Below are positions 29,046 to 38,067 of a stretch of 64,000 nucleotides of DNA, in pieces (the first letter of the stretch is position 1; each line of letters starts with the position of its first letter). The notes under the pieces were generated by a model. The model was not told the DNA's origin and made no database searches. It worked only from the letters and a program-made list of their open reading frames with translations. Origin of the DNA: a virus (lineage: Duplodnaviria > Caudoviricetes); the IMG/VR virus record IMGVR_UViG_3300010167_000010, positions 256,001 to 320,000 of that record; one strand, written 5' to 3'. A program made the position numbers and the translations under genes.

Positions 29046-29777
29046 TTAGTCTAATCTTTGAGTCCATTCAGTTGGTGATTTCCAATCTGCGTTTTGACCT
29101 AGGTCTAAAGTATTTCCACCGAATTGAGGATAATCCATATCCATAAATTGGAAAGTAACTGTAAACTTATTAGGATCTGTTCCTTCAGTACTAAATGCAA
29201 TACCACCCATTTTTGATACCCAAACGTTATAAAAAGACCATAAAGCTAATGGATTCATTTTACTTCTTGTAGTTAAGTGACCATAAGTATCTTGAATATC
29301 TTCTGGACCAGCGTCAGCTTTTTTTCCTGTACCATTTGGGCTGTTAACTGTTGTTGCATAATATGCGCCGGCAATTGTTCCAACGTCTACTCTTCCAAAG
29401 AATTGTGTTGCATTAGATACACCACCAGTTACTGGATCTACTACTGCCATTAACCAAGCACTAAATCTACGTCTTAAGTCAAATGCAGCATCTTCTCTAA
29501 ATTCTATTTCAAATTGTCTATCTAATACTAAAGTAGCATTTGGTCTTTTAATTGTAATACCGTGATATTTTATTTCATATGTTCCAACTTCAACATCTGG
29601 AATATTAAAAGCTGTTGCTCTAACAGTTATTGGATATGATTGAAATGGGTTTTGATCTGGTTGTCCACTTGCAGATGGGAAGTAAATCTTAATATCATAC
29701 ATTTGGACTAAAAGGTCGGCACCTGAGTTTACTAAACCTCTAATAGGTGCAGTTGTTTTATTTGCATTATAAGCCAT
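29046..29777 (-). CDS. tail tube protein (T4 gp19-like)
   Basis: ATAFNIP...EIKYHGITIKRP...EIEFRED..FDLRRRFSAW...VDPVTG...FYNVWVSKMGGIAFS...FTVTFQF. Confidence 0.75.
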   Translation of the reverse strand: MAYNANKTTAPIRGLVNSGADLLVQMYDIKIYFPSASGQPDQNPFQSYPITVRATAFNIPDVEVGTYEIKYHGITIKRPNATLVLDRQFEIEFREDAAFDLRRRFSAWLMAVVDPVTGGVSNATQFFGRVDVGTIAGAYYATTVNSPNGTGKKADAGPEDIQDTYGHLTTRSKMNPLALWSFYNVWVSKMGGIAFSTEGTDPNKFTVTFQFMDMDYPQFGGNTLDLGQNADWKSPTEWTQRLD

Positions 29778-29832
29778 TTTTATCTCCTATAAATAAATAG
29801 ATTGTTTTCAAATATTCTTTATAACTTTAAAA

Positions 29833-30567
29833 ATGATACTAACTAATATGATTACTGATACTAGTTTTATTACTGAATGTTGGCATGCTGAAAAGATAGA
29901 TAATTATAAAGATCTAATGGATTATATGAAACAATTTAAAAAAGAAACTTGGGAACGTATGAATATTATGATAGAAAAACATCATATTACACCAGCTTTT
30001 GAATGTAAAGATTTAGATCAAGAGGAAGAAATTTGGCTTCCAGTTGGAATACATTTTAGAGCCCATCTTTTACGAGCTCGAGATTATGTATCAGAAAGCA
30101 TGAATATGGAGCCTTATATTGATTATGCTATTGGGAACTATACTGAAGCATTTTGTATATTACGACCACATAAACGATTACAAAATATATTCTATAAAGA
30201 ATTTACTGAAGCAGAAGAATGTTACGAAAAGTTTTTTAAGCCGGCAACTTATGAAGCAGCCTTTGGAAAACGAAAGGCAACTTTAATAAAAAGAAAAATA
30301 GCAAAAGCAATGAGTAATCTTGATCCAATAATTATAGCTAAAAGAAATAAAAGTATTTCTAAATATGCAAAAACTAGACCAGAATCTCATAATCAAGCTA
30401 TTTCTAGAGGAAAAATGAAAACAGTAATTCATATCAATACTGGAAAATGTTATAAAAACGCAGGGGCGGCTGCTATTATAACTGGTATTAGTTTAACTTC
30501 AATAAAACAATGTTGTCAAGGAAAAATAAAATCAGTTAAAAATCAACAGTTTGAATATATGTTGTGA
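29833..30567 (+). CDS. free-standing HNH-family homing endonuclease with NUMOD1-like C-terminus
   Basis: EKHHITP...IHFRAHLLRA; VIHINTGKCYKNAGAAA..TGISLTSIKQCCQGK. Confidence 0.7.
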   Translation: MILTNMITDTSFITECWHAEKIDNYKDLMDYMKQFKKETWERMNIMIEKHHITPAFECKDLDQEEEIWLPVGIHFRAHLLRARDYVSESMNMEPYIDYAIGNYTEAFCILRPHKRLQNIFYKEFTEAEECYEKFFKPATYEAAFGKRKATLIKRKIAKAMSNLDPIIIAKRNKSISKYAKTRPESHNQAISRGKMKTVIHINTGKCYKNAGAAAIITGISLTSIKQCCQGKIKSVKNQQFEYML

Positions 30568-30661
30568 TCTCTGATTTTGTTTCCTTTTTAAATTTATCTT
30601 TAAAAACGAAAGAGATTTCGAGATCAAAATTTGATTACACTATAAAGTTAATATAAAATAT

Positions 30662-30976
30662 ATGAATAATAGACAGAAAAAGAAAGAAGGTGCTAGGGTA
30701 CATAACAATACTATGGATATCGCAACAAACATTTTTCCCGTCGGAGCTTGTTCTTGTGAGAAAGGTGAGTTATTTATGTATTTGGCTTCTAATCCAGAAA
30801 ACATTTTTAATATTTACTGTACAAATTGTATCGTAAGAAGAAACTTAAACATTATTGATCAATACACAGATATAAAGCTTTTTTATAATCCATCTTTAAT
30901 ACTTAAAACTTTAGTAGATACTTATGGTGAAGAACAAATAAATAAATTATGGGAAAACAAATGGCAAAAAGAATGA
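30662..30976 (+). CDS. hypothetical protein with possible Zn ribbon
   Basis: CSC...CTNC; AGTTAAT motif 16 nt before the ATG. Confidence 0.55.
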   Translation: MNNRQKKKEGARVHNNTMDIATNIFPVGACSCEKGELFMYLASNPENIFNIYCTNCIVRRNLNIIDQYTDIKLFYNPSLILKTLVDTYGEEQINKLWENKWQKE

Positions 30977-31293
30977 TCGGTTATTTAGAATTTGATTTAG
31001 ATGATCAAAAAAGAAAATCTCGGGAAAATACTATTTATTTTCATTTAAGTGATGACGTAGATAAAAAAATACTTAAAAAAGATGTTAGTGCTTTTATTTA
31101 TAAAGCTGATAACGTTTCACACTTTATAGTTAATGAAGATAATTATAAAAAATATAAAAAAGCTTTAGAAGAAAATAAAGAACATTCTCAAGAAATAGAA
31201 AAATATAAAAAGGAGATTAAATTATTAAAGAAAAATATTGAAGATCATAAAGTAGAAATTCAATCTTTAAGTGATAATTTATTATTTAATTAA
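30949..31293 (+). CDS. hypothetical protein, C-terminal coiled coil
   Basis: ORF in tight operon. Confidence 0.55.
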   Translation: MGKQMAKRMIGYLEFDLDDQKRKSRENTIYFHLSDDVDKKILKKDVSAFIYKADNVSHFIVNEDNYKKYKKALEENKEHSQEIEKYKKEIKLLKKNIEDHKVEIQSLSDNLLFN

Positions 31294-31482
31294 ATGAAAT
31301 ATAAAATAGATGAAGCAGTATTAAAACAAAATTGGCAAGGAAATGTTGATGTTGCTATAGCAATAGCTCTTAATAATATTGCAAATGAATTATCTCGAAG
31401 AAATGACATAGAATATGCCGATAAAATAAATCACGATGAAGATAAATTTTATTTATATCAATCATTGCAGGAGAAAAAATGA
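31294..31482 (+). CDS. hypothetical protein
   Basis: 62-aa ORF abutting neighbours. Confidence 0.55.
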   Translation: MKYKIDEAVLKQNWQGNVDVAIAIALNNIANELSRRNDIEYADKINHDEDKFYLYQSLQEKK

Positions 31483-31649
31483 AAGAATTAAGATTAGGTG
31501 ATATAATTGCTTCTTTTGATAAAACTGGAGCATTAGTTTTTACTGATGCTTATAAAGAAAACAAAGAAATTTGTTGGATAAATAAAATAGGTGTAACAGC
31601 CTTAAAAAAATTTATTGAAGATAATATGGAGGAACAAGATGAAATTTAG
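31479..31649 (+). CDS. hypothetical 56-aa protein (not in ORF track)
   Basis: AGGAG RBS; MKELRLGDIIASFDKTGALVF...EEQDEI; fills the gap and overlaps both neighbours. Confidence 0.6.
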   Translation: MKELRLGDIIASFDKTGALVFTDAYKENKEICWINKIGVTALKKFIEDNMEEQDEI

Positions 31650-32127
31650 AAACGGATTTGTAAGCAATAGTTCATCTTCATCATTTATTGTAGTTGGAAA
31701 TGAACCATTACAAATTCATAAATTACATGTAGCTTATGGTGATGTTAAAACATTACAGATACCTCAAACATTTGGTGGGACAGCCGATTGGGAATGTGGG
31801 ATATATAATACATTTATTGATAGATTAAATTGGGTATCACTTATGTGTTATTGTTCATGGTCGCCTAATCAAGAAGATAACGGATGGACTGATATGTTCG
31901 TTGATGTTCTTAAAGAAAACTTAGATTTAGAACATATTAAAATAAATTGGATATATGATGAAGATTATCATGAAGTTTTTACTGCTGATAAAGTTATATA
32001 TGAATTAAATCATGGTTCACACCCAAATAATAATCCAGAAGAAATGGAAAAAATATTTTCAAATAAAGAATCACTTAAAAGATTTTTATTTGCACCAGAT
32101 TCTTCTATTAAAATAGAATGGGATTAG
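31639..32127 (+). CDS. phage protein of the MKxRNGFVSNSSSSSF family
   Basis: GGAGG RBS then MKFRNGFVSNSSSSSFIV; paralog at 41112. Confidence 0.75.
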   Translation: MKFRNGFVSNSSSSSFIVVGNEPLQIHKLHVAYGDVKTLQIPQTFGGTADWECGIYNTFIDRLNWVSLMCYCSWSPNQEDNGWTDMFVDVLKENLDLEHIKINWIYDEDYHEVFTADKVIYELNHGSHPNNNPEEMEKIFSNKESLKRFLFAPDSSIKIEWD

Positions 32128-32177
32128 AATAATTTTCTCTTATGTTTTTCATCTACTAATTATTAAGGAGAAAAAAT

Positions 32178-32618
32178 GTGAATGAAAAACGTATCAAAAA
32201 TATCATTATCATTGTTCTTAGCGTTGCTTTTATTATTAGCACCGCTATCGCCATCTATTATGGCCGCACAGGAAGTATCGATTACGCCAATCAGCTTCGA
32301 GATACAATCAACAGATTGGAATCCAACAATGATGAATTACGAACAGCTAATGCTGAACAAGGCAGAACACTTACATCAGTCCTTGACGACCTTGAACATG
32401 CAAATCAATATATCACTGAACTCGAACACAACCACGGACTCGCCATTGGGGTTTCTAGACGAACAAATGAGAGACTTATTGAATTTACAAGCTCAATGGG
32501 AACTATTGGAACAGACATCACGGGACTTATTGAGCGACAACGAAGAATTGATATCATTGTTAGAGAGCTCTGGGAGGATAATCGCGAGTTTAGAGCAGCG
32601 CTTGGCATCAGCGACTAG
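32178..32618 (+). CDS. i-spanin-like protein (N-terminal TM + periplasmic coiled coil)
   Basis: GTG start 7 nt after AAGGAG; TM IIIIVLSVAFIISTAIAIYY; heptad coiled coil. Confidence 0.55.
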   Translation: MNEKRIKNIIIIVLSVAFIISTAIAIYYGRTGSIDYANQLRDTINRLESNNDELRTANAEQGRTLTSVLDDLEHANQYITELEHNHGLAIGVSRRTNERLIEFTSSMGTIGTDITGLIERQRRIDIIVRELWEDNREFRAALGISD

Positions 32619-32922
32619 GGGGGTAACCGACGCACTAGAAAATTGGTGGCATATGGAGAATTTATTAGATGAACAACGTGAACTAGTTGCTATTGCTCAT
32701 TTACAAATTAATCAATGGGAAAGAGCTCACTTTCAACTTCAAAGACGTGTTAAATTGGGACCTTACGTTTTTGCCATTGGCGGAATTTGTTTCGTTGGTG
32801 GTGGATCTGTGATGGGAATGGGGATTGCAAACAATGATATTCAGCAAACAATGACAGGTGCAGGTATCGTTGTAGGAACTGGACTTATCTACATTTTAGG
32901 CCGAACATTTAATTGGTGGTAA
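32182..32922 (+). CDS. signal-peptide, coiled-coil protein with C-terminal Gly-rich hydrophobic hairpin (possible o-spanin analogue)
   Basis: +1 frame over the previous ORF; SLSLFLALLLLLAPLSPSIMAA signal without lipobox Cys; ends FNWW. Confidence 0.55.
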   Translation: MKNVSKISLSLFLALLLLLAPLSPSIMAAQEVSITPISFEIQSTDWNPTMMNYEQLMLNKAEHLHQSLTTLNMQINISLNSNTTTDSPLGFLDEQMRDLLNLQAQWELLEQTSRDLLSDNEELISLLESSGRIIASLEQRLASATRGVTDALENWWHMENLLDEQRELVAIAHLQINQWERAHFQLQRRVKLGPYVFAIGGICFVGGGSVMGMGIANNDIQQTMTGAGIVVGTGLIYILGRTFNWW

Positions 32923-32950
32923 TGACTAAATTCTATAAGGAGGTCATATC

Positions 32951-33190
32951 ATGGCTGAACAAAGAGATATTGGACAAAAGATTAGTGACACAATCACAAT
33001 CGTATTTCCAATGGTTATTGCACTTTTAGCTGCTCTCGGGTTAGCAGGAATAGAAATACTCGAAGGACAAATAATGTACATCTCATTCTTAGCAATGGGT
33101 ATTGTTTCTACAATCGCAAGCATTTGGTTTAATAAGACAATTGGTGTTGGTTGGTTCTGCGGAAACAAAGATTGTTTACCAAAAAATTAA
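32951..33190 (+). CDS. holin-like 2-TM small membrane protein
   Basis: AAGGAGG RBS; two hydrophobic helices; follows the spanin-like pair. Confidence 0.55.
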   Translation: MAEQRDIGQKISDTITIVFPMVIALLAALGLAGIEILEGQIMYISFLAMGIVSTIASIWFNKTIGVGWFCGNKDCLPKN

Positions 33191-33197
33191 AAATATG

Positions 33198-33224
33198 GAG
33201 GAGCTTTTCAGCTCCTCTTTTTTT
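33198..33224 (+). terminator. Rho-independent terminator
   Basis: GAGGAGCT-tttc-AGCTCCTC followed by T7. Confidence 0.8.
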
Positions 33225-33251
33225 GAACATATTCTTTATAAAACTTATATA
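33223..33251 (+). promoter_or_regulatory. sigma70-like early-type promoter
   Basis: TTGAAC-N17-TATATA. Confidence 0.6.
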
Positions 33252-33273
33252 TTATTATATGGAGAAATATTAA

Positions 33274-33582
33274 ATGAATCAAACCAGAATTTCTATAGCT
33301 ACAGCTGCCGCAGAGGCATGTAATGGGAAACTTGTTTCCACACAAAAACAATTAGAAAATGGAACTTATATGTTTCAATTTGGTGCAGCACCAGAAAAAA
33401 CTTATGGAATTTATGCGTCTGGTGCAGTTAGGTGCTTAGGAAAAGGTTCTAATCATAAACAATATAGCCATACATATATGACACCATTACTTTTTAATAG
33501 ACTTCCTGGTGATAGAAGAGAAATCCGTCGAGTCTCATTTGATGAAGGCTTAGCATATTTGATAAATCGTTTCAAAAATTAA
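33274..33582 (+). CDS. hypothetical early protein
   Basis: GGAG RBS; own promoter; downstream hairpin GGCCGGA-gaga-TCCGGCC (33592-33609). Confidence 0.7.
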   Translation: MNQTRISIATAAAEACNGKLVSTQKQLENGTYMFQFGAAPEKTYGIYASGAVRCLGKGSNHKQYSHTYMTPLLFNRLPGDRREIRRVSFDEGLAYLINRFKN

Positions 33583-33649
33583 GATAACTCAGGCCGGAGA
33601 GATCCGGCCAAAGTTAATTTAAAACTTATAAAATTTCTTATATTTATTT

Positions 33650-35020
33650 ATGGAGAAGAAAATGGCTGAAAAAGAAAAAGAAGTAAATAATGATCAAGAT
33701 GATCGTAATCCTAATCATGTTAGAGATTTAATATTTACTGCATTGAGCATTACTGAATATACACAAATTCCAATGCTTTTTTTGGGAAATCCTGGAATTG
33801 CTAAAACAACAGGCGTTCGTCTTTGGGCTGAAACTTATGGATATCGAGTTACGACCTTGATTGGAACACAAAGAGTTGCTGAAGAAATTCTTGGTTATAT
33901 GGTAAATGATACTGGAGAAAAACGTCTCATAACTTATACTCCAGATTGGTTTGACGAAGTTGTTGAGAACAAGAAAGCAGGATTTAAAACCCTTCTTTTT
34001 ATTGATGAACTTTCACAAGCTCCTGATAATGTTCAAGGTGCAATGTTGCAGCTTATTTTTGATCGCCGAGTTGGTGGTAGAGCAAATTATCTTCCCGATG
34101 ATTGTCTCGTTGTTTCAGCTGCAAATTATAAGGGAAATATTCCACCTCAGTGCGGTATTCAAGCTCCTACATTAAATCGTTTTTGTATAGTTAACGTTAA
34201 TCCAATTGATGGAATTGGTCTCATAACGGAATTTTTACAATCAGAAGAAGAAAGAAAAGATAAAATTCCAGTTTTCGGCCGAGTAGAAATTTCTCCTCGT
34301 ATTGAAGATACAGCGAGAAAAGTATTAAAAGATACATTAGCAATTTTATTTTCTACATATTGTAGAAAAGATGATAAAGAAATGACGCTTGATGTAAATA
34401 ACACAAATTTTAGTGATATATTTGATCAACCAGGTCCAATTCATAATTTTATAACCGGTAGAACTGTTCATTATATGTATAAACTTGTTATTGGTTTTAT
34501 TCATCTTAGGCTTATACGGAAAATACATAAAGAAATAATTGCTAATTTAGTTTTAGGTCTTGGTGGTCTTGGTACAAATACATTTAAGAATGAAAAACAA
34601 AAAGAAGATTTCCAAACTTCACTTCTAACCGGTTTCCAAAAAATACTTCGTCGTTCAGTAGAATCAAATATGGAAGAAATAAATTCTGTAGAACTTGATT
34701 TTACCGATAAAACTATTGAAGAAGGAATCTCAATGTGGATGAGATCTCAAGAATCTAATGGAAATATTAATGATATAAATCTTCAGCGGTTAATGGAACT
34801 AATCAGAAAGAATTATGGCTCTTCAGAAACTAAAATGACTGCTACGCTTACAAAAAATTGGGATTCAAAAAGAGTTTTAGGTGATTTGCAAAAATTAAAT
34901 ACTTTGGCAGGATATCTTAAATCAGCCCAAATGATGGAAATTGGTCCTTTGGTAAAAGAACTTGAAGTAATTGCTGCATCTTGGGACACATATAAAACTG
35001 CCATTCTTAATTCAATATAG
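33650..35020 (+). CDS. MoxR-like AAA+ ATPase
   Basis: GNPGIAKT Walker A, LLFIDELSQA Walker B, VVSAAN sensor, LNRF arginine finger. Confidence 0.85.
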   Translation: MEKKMAEKEKEVNNDQDDRNPNHVRDLIFTALSITEYTQIPMLFLGNPGIAKTTGVRLWAETYGYRVTTLIGTQRVAEEILGYMVNDTGEKRLITYTPDWFDEVVENKKAGFKTLLFIDELSQAPDNVQGAMLQLIFDRRVGGRANYLPDDCLVVSAANYKGNIPPQCGIQAPTLNRFCIVNVNPIDGIGLITEFLQSEEERKDKIPVFGRVEISPRIEDTARKVLKDTLAILFSTYCRKDDKEMTLDVNNTNFSDIFDQPGPIHNFITGRTVHYMYKLVIGFIHLRLIRKIHKEIIANLVLGLGGLGTNTFKNEKQKEDFQTSLLTGFQKILRRSVESNMEEINSVELDFTDKTIEEGISMWMRSQESNGNINDINLQRLMELIRKNYGSSETKMTATLTKNWDSKRVLGDLQKLNTLAGYLKSAQMMEIGPLVKELEVIAASWDTYKTAILNSI

Positions 35021-35029
35021 GAGAAAAAG

Positions 35030-35248
35030 ATGATTGTAATAATTACAACCAAAACAGGTGAAAATAAGAAAGCTTTTATTAGAAATCAAATTTTTAAAGA
35101 AATTGATCAAAATAATAAGCCAATAGGTCCAATAACTACTTCTACAATAAAATCTATTTATTGGCCAATAAAGAACAAAATTGAAGATATTCCTATAAAA
35201 GAGTGGATGAAAACTGCAGAAGAAAATAATTTCTGGGGAATGGATTAA
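35030..35248 (+). CDS. hypothetical protein
   Basis: AGGAG RBS; 72 aa. Confidence 0.6.
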   Translation: MIVIITTKTGENKKAFIRNQIFKEIDQNNKPIGPITTSTIKSIYWPIKNKIEDIPIKEWMKTAEENNFWGMD

Positions 35249-35273
35249 TCTTATATAATATTAAGAGGATTAA

Positions 35274-37169
35274 ATGGGAAAAATAACTACTAAAACATTA
35301 GATAAATCTGTATTTGTATTGGTTCCAAAAACTAATAGACAACAAGCTGAAAAAATGTTTCATGCCGCACCTTTTTATGATGCAAAAGGAAAAATAGATT
35401 TTTTTGGTAATACATTACCAATTATAGATTTTGAAACAACTAGACTAATAACTAGATCAGATGTAATGTATCTTCAACAAATGTTGGATGTTATTTATCC
35501 AAAATCTCGTTATACTCCTACAAAACTAAAATTAGCAAATGATGATCTCATAGAACATAGCACAATGGTAAAATATACTGATAGGGCACATCCAAAACTT
35601 AAAGCAGCGGGTGTGCTCGCCTGTGTAATGAAAGAATGGCGAAATATGTTTAACATATTTATTAATGAAGATATGGAAAATGAATCTTATGATTCAGCTG
35701 ATCTTCATGAAAAAGGCCATATTCTTTTTAATCATACAGCTGGAACAAAAATGTATATTGAACAGTTTAGAAAAGAAATTGATAAAATATGGGATTTAAA
35801 ACTTGCTAAATATTTTGAATCTACAACATTTAAAAACTCTAAAGATAAAATAGTTAGAATGCTTTTTAATGAATTTTCTAATATTGCACAAGATATGGAA
35901 ATAAATTCTAAATTATTTGATAATGGTGAATGGGTTAAAGCTAAAAAAACATTAGCTCGTTCAGCAACTGTAGTTCATTATCTTGATGTTTATAGAGAAT
36001 TTGATGAATTAAGTGGTTTAATTAAAAATGAAAATGCTAGAAATTTAGGACACAAAAGTTATGAGAAAATAGTTAAAAAGTTTTTAATTGTTCTTTCTAA
36101 TATTATTGATCGTATTGATGGAAAAGAAGGTGATTTTAAATTTTGTTATCCAACAAATAAAGGTTGGCCGGAAAAACTAGATTGGATGACATATATGATT
36201 CTTCTTGTAAAAGATATTGATGATACTATGGAACAAGTACTAAAACAAATACAAGAAAAACTTCAAGCAGGTGCAGCAGCACAAGGTTCAGGAAATGGTG
36301 GTGCAGGAACAGGAACTGCAGGTGGCCAGAAAAAAATCTCTCAAGATATTTTAGATGAATATTTTGACCAAGATAAAAGTGAAAAAGATGCAATGGACGA
36401 TGCCAATGAAGGTGGCGGTATAGGTGATGATGAAGATGATGAAGAAACTGGAGATGCATCGTCTGGTGGAAGAAGTCAAGGTGGAGAAGGTAGAGGAAGG
36501 GGTTCATCTCCTGTTGAAGTAGAGTTTGAAACATGTGAAACTTTTGATAGTTTTACAAAATTTTTAAGAAAAAATTGTTTAGGAAAAAAGAATCGCCGTT
36601 GGAATTCAGACGTATTATATAATTCTAATAGAGGAAAATTTGCATCGCGTGTTGTAGTTCCTAGAAGACATTTAATTGAAAAATGGATGCCAACTGAATG
36701 TCATATTATCGTTGACGTTTCTGGTTCAGTACCAACTGATTATGTTGAAAGAGTTATAAACAGTATTGTTGATACAAATTCTGGAATTGATTTAGCTCGT
36801 TCACATATTATATTTTGTGATACTTCTGTAGTAAGTGATGAAATAATGAATGCTAGAACAAAATCAGTTTATTCTGGTGGTGGTACAGAAATTGCTGAAG
36901 GAATTAAATATGTTGCTAAAAAAGGATATTGTTCAAAAAGAACTGATAAACTTTTTATAATATCAGATTTCCAAGATAATTTAAATGCTTGGGTACAAGC
37001 AGCACAAGAAATTCCTGGAATTAAATATGCTATTGGTTATAATGTAACTAATAAAGAAGATTGTAATAGAATATTCGATCATGCAGGTTATGGTGGTCGT
37101 GGTGATGGTGAATTTAAACAAAAATGGAATAACACTTTTAAGACAGTATTTATAACAGAAGTAATTTAG
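35274..37169 (+). CDS. zincin metallopeptidase + vWA domain protein (DUF2201-like)
   Basis: LHEKGHIL, NIAQDMEINS, acidic/Gly linker, IIVDVSGS MIDAS, GGGTE, IISDF. Confidence 0.85.
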   Translation: MGKITTKTLDKSVFVLVPKTNRQQAEKMFHAAPFYDAKGKIDFFGNTLPIIDFETTRLITRSDVMYLQQMLDVIYPKSRYTPTKLKLANDDLIEHSTMVKYTDRAHPKLKAAGVLACVMKEWRNMFNIFINEDMENESYDSADLHEKGHILFNHTAGTKMYIEQFRKEIDKIWDLKLAKYFESTTFKNSKDKIVRMLFNEFSNIAQDMEINSKLFDNGEWVKAKKTLARSATVVHYLDVYREFDELSGLIKNENARNLGHKSYEKIVKKFLIVLSNIIDRIDGKEGDFKFCYPTNKGWPEKLDWMTYMILLVKDIDDTMEQVLKQIQEKLQAGAAAQGSGNGGAGTGTAGGQKKISQDILDEYFDQDKSEKDAMDDANEGGGIGDDEDDEETGDASSGGRSQGGEGRGRGSSPVEVEFETCETFDSFTKFLRKNCLGKKNRRWNSDVLYNSNRGKFASRVVVPRRHLIEKWMPTECHIIVDVSGSVPTDYVERVINSIVDTNSGIDLARSHIIFCDTSVVSDEIMNARTKSVYSGGGTEIAEGIKYVAKKGYCSKRTDKLFIISDFQDNLNAWVQAAQEIPGIKYAIGYNVTNKEDCNRIFDHAGYGGRGDGEFKQKWNNTFKTVFITEVI

Positions 37170-37189
37170 AACATAGTTAATTTAATATT

Positions 37190-37366
37190 ATGTGGAAAGA
37201 ATGGTTAAGAGATTGCGGTATTTGTTATGGTGCTATATTTGCTATTATAGGATTATTAGTTTTATTTAGTCTTCCAATTTTTCATTATATTTTTGGAATA
37301 TTAATCATTGGATTTATAATATTTGTTTGTATTCAATTTGTCAGAATAATAAAGGCAATTGAATGA
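37190..37366 (+). CDS. small 2-TM membrane protein (not in ORF track)
   Basis: MWKEWLRDCGICYGAIFAIIGLLVLFSLPIFHYIFGILIIGFIIFVCIQFVRIIKAIE; AGTTAAT 15 nt upstream. Confidence 0.6.
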   Translation: MWKEWLRDCGICYGAIFAIIGLLVLFSLPIFHYIFGILIIGFIIFVCIQFVRIIKAIE

Positions 37367-37629
37367 TAGATAAAGAATTATTTGTTGTCGGTGTTCATGA
37401 TAAAAAATCTGGTTACAAACAAATATGGCATATTGATGAATATAAAAAAGTAAAAGTTACATATGATGCCTGTTTATCAGGTGCAAAAAATCAAGGTTTA
37501 GATCCAGATTCTTTATTTTTATTTCCTTTCCCACCTGATGATGAAGTTGTTGAAAAATTTAAGTTAACACATGATTTTTTAAAATGGCTTCACGATACTA
37601 CAAAACCAATTATTCAAAATTTTAAATGA
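37363..37629 (+). CDS. hypothetical protein
   Basis: Coupled ORF (ATGA overlap). Confidence 0.6.
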   Translation: MIDKELFVVGVHDKKSGYKQIWHIDEYKKVKVTYDACLSGAKNQGLDPDSLFLFPFPPDDEVVEKFKLTHDFLKWLHDTTKPIIQNFK

Positions 37630-37970
37630 GTAAACAACAAAAAATAAGATGGAATATAACTGCTCATACAGATGAAGGCGATCCAATAGCTCTTAAAGAA
37701 TATCAAGATGTAAATTATAAAGATGCACCGGTATCTATAAATGAAATAGATAAAATATCTATTGGAAGTTGGGCTTATAACCCAGATGGTAAAGTAACTA
37801 AAAATCATTCTGAAGACGGTATAGAAAAAATATTTATAAGTCAAAAAAAATATAATGAATTAGCAAGATCAAGTTTAATAGCACAAGGAAAAGTAATTTC
37901 TTTAATAGAAGAAAAAGAGCAATTAGAAAATCAATTAAAATACTATAAATCGTTATGTGAGTTAATATAA
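37626..37970 (+). CDS. hypothetical protein
   Basis: Coupled ORF. Confidence 0.6.
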   Translation: MSKQQKIRWNITAHTDEGDPIALKEYQDVNYKDAPVSINEIDKISIGSWAYNPDGKVTKNHSEDGIEKIFISQKKYNELARSSLIAQGKVISLIEEKEQLENQLKYYKSLCELI

Positions 37971-38067
37971 TTAAAGAAGAGATACTAATTATTATAGATT
38001 ATTTCTATATGACTGAAGTATAGTAAGTCAATAATTAGTGTGAACAATTTCACAATAGGAGAAAAAA

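Noticed and set aside
30565-30626. TGATCTC...GAGATCA inverted repeat
   Set aside because: Only 7 bp with a poorly pairing interior; not enough to call a mobile-element end or ncRNA
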